A DNA stretch of 64,000 nt, from positions 32,001-96,000 of the forward strand of contig CAWBZI010000001.1 of NCBI GenBank assembly GCA_963793265.1, given 5' to 3'. Below are positions 60,019 to 64,000 of the stretch, one piece after another. Position numbers and translations under genes: made by a program. Below the pieces are notes generated by a model, which was not told the DNA's origin, did not search any database, and was given only the letters and a program-made list of their open reading frames with translations. Source of the DNA: an uncultured cyanobacterium. Lineage in GTDB: Bacteria; Cyanobacteriota; Cyanobacteriia; Phormidesmidales; Phormidesmidaceae. Positions within the stretch are counted from its first letter, which is position 1. Each line of letters begins with the position of its first letter.

Positions 60019-63000
60019 TTATTCTCCCTTCTGCTCAGATAGGCAGTAATAGCGGCCTTTGAGGGCCATGAGTTCTTCGTGGGTGCCCAGTTCAACAACC
60101 GAGCCTTTGTCCATTACCAATATTCGGTCGGCCTGACGAATGGTGCTGAGGCGGTGCGTAATGAAAAACACCGTGCGGCCATTGGCCCAGCGCTTGAGGT
60201 TGTAGCAAACTTGGGCTTCGGTGTCGTAGTCGAGGGCGCTAGTGGCTTCGTCTAAGATTAGGAGTCTTGGGTTTTGGAGGATTGTGCGGGCGATCGCAAC
60301 CCGCTGCCGCTGCCCGCCCGACAGAGAAGATCCGCGCTCACCGACCCGTGAGTTGTAGCCACTCGGCATATCCATAATGAAATCGTGGGCATTAGCAATT
60401 TTAGCCGCCTCAATAATTTCTTCGGTGCTCGCCTGCGGATTTGTCAGCGCGATGTTCTCCTGAATGCTGCCTTCAAACAGCAAGCTGTCTTGCGGCACAA
60501 TACCGACCTGCTGCCTTAAGGAGTACAGCTCTACTTTGCGAATGTCATAGTTATCTATCAAAATTCGGCCAGACTCAGCATTATACAAACGCGGCAGCAG
60601 CTTCATCAGCGTACTTTTACCCGAACCACTCTGCCCCACAATGCCAATAAACTCTCCAGCATGGAACTCCAGGTTCACGTTCACAAGCTGCAAGGGGCCA
60701 GAAGGCGCAAACCGGAACGACAGGTTCTCGTAGGTCACATTGCCCACAATCTCTGGCATCGGAATTTGGCTACGGTCTTCTTCAGCCTGCTCTTGAGGAT
60801 TGTCGATAATATCGCTCAAGCGCTCCAAAGACAGCGCCGTTTCTTGGAAGTTCTGCCAGAGCTGAGTTAGGCGCAGCAACGGCTGAGTAACGTAGCCAGA
60901 GATAATTCGGAAGGCAATGAGTCCACCCAAAGTCATCTCGTTATCTAGTACCAACGCAGCGCCAAACCAGAGAACCAGTAGGCCAGACATCTTGTTCAAA
61001 AAGCCACTGGCTGAGCCTGCCGTAGTTGAGGTCAATACAGTCTTAAATCCGTCGCTGACGTAGCGGGCGTACTTTTCCTGCCACTTCCAGCGCGTCTTCA
61101 GCTCCATATTCTGAGCTTTCACTGTCTGAATGCCTGAGAGCGCCTCTACTAAGAATGATTGAGTCTCAGCGTTCCGCTCGGCCTTAGCGCGCAACTGACG
61201 CCGCACAATCGGCGAGACAAAGAAGGTCAAAATCATGAACAGCGGAATCGTCGCTAGCGACACAAAGGTCAGCTTGATGCTGTAAATGAACATCACCAGA
61301 ATGTAGAGCACTGAGAATACAGCGTCTAGCACAACCGTTAAGGCGGTACCGGTTAGGAACTGACGGATATTTTCTAGCTCGTTAACGCGGCTAGAAAGTT
61401 CACCTACCGGGCGGCGGTCGAAGTATCTCAGCGGCAACCTGAGCAGATGGTCAATAATCTCGGCCCCTAAGGCCATGTCAATCCGGTTGGTGGTATCGAC
61501 AAACAAGTAGGTTCGTAGGCTTGTTAATATCGCCTCAAAAATAGCGACGACAACCAGAATGCTGCCGAGTACATGTAGCGTATCAATGCTGTTTTGGCCG
61601 ATTACCCGGTCGATAATGACCTGCACCATCAGCGGGTTAGCCAGGCCGAATATCTGTACAAACAGCGAGGCTACCAGTACGGTCGTCAGCACGCCCTTGT
61701 ATTTTTTGAGCGAAGGGATAAACCAGGCTAAGCCAAACTTTTGCTGAGGCGTTTGCTCGGTGGTTTCTATCAGCAGGATCTCGCCTTCTGGGCCCCAAAT
61801 CTCTTCAAAGGCCATGGGTGAATGGCGTACTAGCTTGTTGTCAGCAGGTACACCCAGCACGTATTCGGTTTCAGAGGTTTCATAGACAATCGCAAAGCCT
61901 TCACGCCATTTGATTACAGCTAGCTTGGGGAGGCGGGCGATCGCACTAGCAGGCACCTTAGCGAGCTGCGGCTTCAGGCCCACCAGATCAGCCACCGCGC
62001 CACAGGCCGTCAGCGACAAATGTCCTAACCGCTCATTCTGGTTCATCAGCACCCGCTGCACCACGTCGCGCTTAAACGGCATTCCCAAGTGCTGAGCCAC
62101 CATAGCAAAGCAGGCTAAGGCCGTGCCGACCTCATCGCGACCTCGCATCACCGGATACTTAATTGCTTTGGCTCGCGCCGATCCTTCTTCAACAATATTA
62201 GAGTCGTAGTTGAGATCGTCAGAGGCGTAGGGCAGCTCGCTGCGGCTAATGGCACCTCCGGCTGAGCGTACGGCTAGTCCACCGCCATTAGGTGAGCCAT
62301 CGAGCGGATATCCCGAGGAGCCATTTGTACCGCTGACGTCTGGAATATAAGGTCTGACGCGGGTTGAACTGCCGTTTTGACCGACCGAATCGACAACACC
62401 AGCCGCGTTTTGGTTCGCTAGCTGGCGCATATCAAGCCCAACGAGCCGCGTGCTTTTTTGGCTAACAATCCGGCCATCTAGCATTTCTGGGAGCAGCCAG
62501 TTACCCGCCGGGTGACTAGCAATGCTCTCTGAGCTAACAAACCACAGTCGGTTTGGATCAGGGTCGCTCAGGGCAATAGAACCAGCTCTTAGCGTCGTCG
62601 CGGTGGCCCCTTCTAGCAGCACTTTCGCGGTACCTGCCGCGTCGCTGACGTTGCGAGCCTGCGTTTTAAAGTACTGACTGGCTAGATCAAACACCTCAGC
62701 CAAATAGCAGCGCCCCGTCACGGCCTCAGCAAACCGGGCGTGCTCAGCAATCATCTGCCGCACCGCTGTAATTGGCACCGTTACGGCGGTTACTTCAGAT
62801 GAGGCGATCGCACTCTCACAAGGCACTCCTCGCACTAAGCCTGCCAAACCCAGCACCGAGCCGGGCTGCAGCAGCTCCAGCGTCATCGGCGTTTTTTGAT
62901 AGGGGTCGTAGCCCAGCAGTCGGCCTTTGCCCTCAACAATCACCACGAGCTGATAGGGCATCGACTCGCGCCGCAGCATCGGCTGACCGATTCGATATCG

Positions 63001-63108
63001 CAGCATTTGACAGCCGCTAGCCAACGACTCTAAGGCGTTAGCCGGGAGCTGATCGAATGGGAAAACACTTCCTAAGCTTTGTTCGAATGAAACTTTGGTA
63101 TAGGTCAT
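60019..63108 (-). CDS. hlyB: Type I secretion ABC transporter with cNMP-binding and C39-like domains
   Basis: GQSGSGKST, LSGGQRQR, ILDEATSALD; N-terminal cNMP-like and degenerate C39 regions. Confidence 0.92.
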   Translation of the reverse strand: MTYTKVSFEQSLGSVFPFDQLPANALESLASGCQMLRYRIGQPMLRRESMPYQLVVIVEGKGRLLGYDPYQKTPMTLELLQPGSVLGLAGLVRGVPCESAIASSEVTAVTVPITAVRQMIAEHARFAEAVTGRCYLAEVFDLASQYFKTQARNVSDAAGTAKVLLEGATATTLRAGSIALSDPDPNRLWFVSSESIASHPAGNWLLPEMLDGRIVSQKSTRLVGLDMRQLANQNAAGVVDSVGQNGSSTRVRPYIPDVSGTNGSSGYPLDGSPNGGGLAVRSAGGAISRSELPYASDDLNYDSNIVEEGSARAKAIKYPVMRGRDEVGTALACFAMVAQHLGMPFKRDVVQRVLMNQNERLGHLSLTACGAVADLVGLKPQLAKVPASAIARLPKLAVIKWREGFAIVYETSETEYVLGVPADNKLVRHSPMAFEEIWGPEGEILLIETTEQTPQQKFGLAWFIPSLKKYKGVLTTVLVASLFVQIFGLANPLMVQVIIDRVIGQNSIDTLHVLGSILVVVAIFEAILTSLRTYLFVDTTNRIDMALGAEIIDHLLRLPLRYFDRRPVGELSSRVNELENIRQFLTGTALTVVLDAVFSVLYILVMFIYSIKLTFVSLATIPLFMILTFFVSPIVRRQLRAKAERNAETQSFLVEALSGIQTVKAQNMELKTRWKWQEKYARYVSDGFKTVLTSTTAGSASGFLNKMSGLLVLWFGAALVLDNEMTLGGLIAFRIISGYVTQPLLRLTQLWQNFQETALSLERLSDIIDNPQEQAEEDRSQIPMPEIVGNVTYENLSFRFAPSGPLQLVNVNLEFHAGEFIGIVGQSGSGKSTLMKLLPRLYNAESGRILIDNYDIRKVELYSLRQQVGIVPQDSLLFEGSIQENIALTNPQASTEEIIEAAKIANAHDFIMDMPSGYNSRVGERGSSLSGGQRQRVAIARTILQNPRLLILDEATSALDYDTEAQVCYNLKRWANGRTVFFITHRLSTIRQADRILVMDKGSVVELGTHEELMALKGRYYCLSEQKGE

Positions 63109-63195
63109 AACGAGCAGGGGGCTAAGCGCATCTCAATAAAAAAACAATTAAGGCAGTCAACACAAGGAAATGGAACGATAGAAAGTTCCGTGACG

Positions 63196-63939
63196 CTAGC
63201 CAGATGAACCGGCAAGCTGGCTGTAGGGCTCCTCAACAGTCGTCGCCTGTAGCTTTTCTGCTAGCCACGATTGAAACTGCTCAGCGAGCAATCGCTGGCG
63301 CATCGCCTCATCAAACTGAGCGGGCACAAACTGCTCCAAACGAGCAATCACCAGCCACTCCCCAATCTGGGTCGGAGCCCAAAGCTGATTGGGCTTACTC
63401 ACCATCAGCATCCTGGCGAGCACCGGATGGGGCACGTTCAGCTCTACGGGCCCAACCATACCGCCCGTTTTGGCCTCCTGGCCTTCTGAATACTGGCTCG
63501 CTAAGCTCGAAAAAGACTCGCCATCGTCGTTGAGCCTGAAGTAAATTTCTTGAGCCAGGCTCGCATCTTTAGTTCTAATCAGCGAGTAGCGCACGCGATC
63601 TAGCTGAGCTTTGCGCTGCAAAAAGTAGGACTCTATCTGAGCGCCCCAGGTCTGTTCCTGAAATGTCAGCAGCTTCTGCTCTCTCAGCGCCGCCGATGTC
63701 ATTTGCTCAGGCGACATTTGCTGCTGTTGGCACCACGCCTGCTGCTGCTCCCGCGAAAACAGCCCTCTTTTCGCGCAAAAGGCTTGCAGTGCTTCTTGCG
63801 GGTCGCAGGCCACACCTGCGATCGCCTCATCAATAATGATTTCTTGCACGAGCTTGGGCATCAGTTGATGCTCTTTAAGCTTTGCAATCAGTGCAGGTGC
63901 ATCTAGCACCGCCTGACCAATCTGAAGAACCGCTGCCAT
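63196..63939 (-). CDS. Parvulin/PpiC-type peptidylprolyl isomerase associated with T1SS
   Basis: YSLIR...AQEIYFRL...F..LASQYSEG.E..TGG..GP. Confidence 0.85.
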   Translation of the reverse strand: MAAVLQIGQAVLDAPALIAKLKEHQLMPKLVQEIIIDEAIAGVACDPQEALQAFCAKRGLFSREQQQAWCQQQQMSPEQMTSAALREQKLLTFQEQTWGAQIESYFLQRKAQLDRVRYSLIRTKDASLAQEIYFRLNDDGESFSSLASQYSEGQEAKTGGMVGPVELNVPHPVLARMLMVSKPNQLWAPTQIGEWLVIARLEQFVPAQFDEAMRQRLLAEQFQSWLAEKLQATTVEEPYSQLAGSSG

Positions 63940-64000
63940 ACCCTGGTTTCTTATAACAAGTTTGGTTTATTAAACCCACAATAGAATGTACACATATCAA

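Larger units (their letters stand above)
1278..63845. repeat. Dispersed HIP1 octamer GCGATCGC (dozens of copies across the window)
   Basis: Seen e.g. at 1278, 2985, 3903, 4865 and throughout; hallmark of many cyanobacterial genomes. Confidence 0.95.

Noticed and set aside
1..64000. CRISPR array, tRNA or rRNA genes
   Set aside because: I saw no regularly spaced repeat-spacer units, cloverleaf or rRNA-like sequence; the FG-GAP repeats are coding and degenerate.

Overview
Chromosomal window from a cyanobacterium: the HIP1 octamer GCGATCGC recurs throughout, and psbP, ycf49-like, csaB, glpX and the cyanobacterial men cluster are present. Most of it is core genome: ctpC-ispG, exbB-exbD-exbD, birA, an M23 peptidase, menA-menC-menE plus thioesterase, glpX-hemA, psbP-maf-UPF0182, fbaB, aspC, a BicA-like SulP, and a PPIase-HlyB-HlyD type I secretion operon. 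Accessory material includes three type II toxin-antitoxin pairs (two VapBC-like, one TumE-TumA-like), a glycosyltransferase/epimerase/MBOAT/SGNH-like glycan acylation operon, a 1028-aa FG-GAP-repeat metalloprotease, a PRC-barrel/DUF2382 stress cluster and a Uma2/EEP/MPG nuclease-glycosylase trio. Three genes carry apparent frameshifts, probably assembly indels. The best candidates for undescribed systems are: (1) an 87-aa ORF at 48.8-49.1 kb behind a sigma70-type promoter and a ~235-nt highly structured leader with a perfect palindrome and possible antisense transcript; (2) a membrane Fe-S protein paired with an FHA-FNR-2Fe-2S reductase; (3) a candidate sRNA at ~43.3 kb beside an NtcA-type box. 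I saw no rRNA, tRNA, CRISPR array or transposase. All family calls come from reading motifs; no database searches were run.
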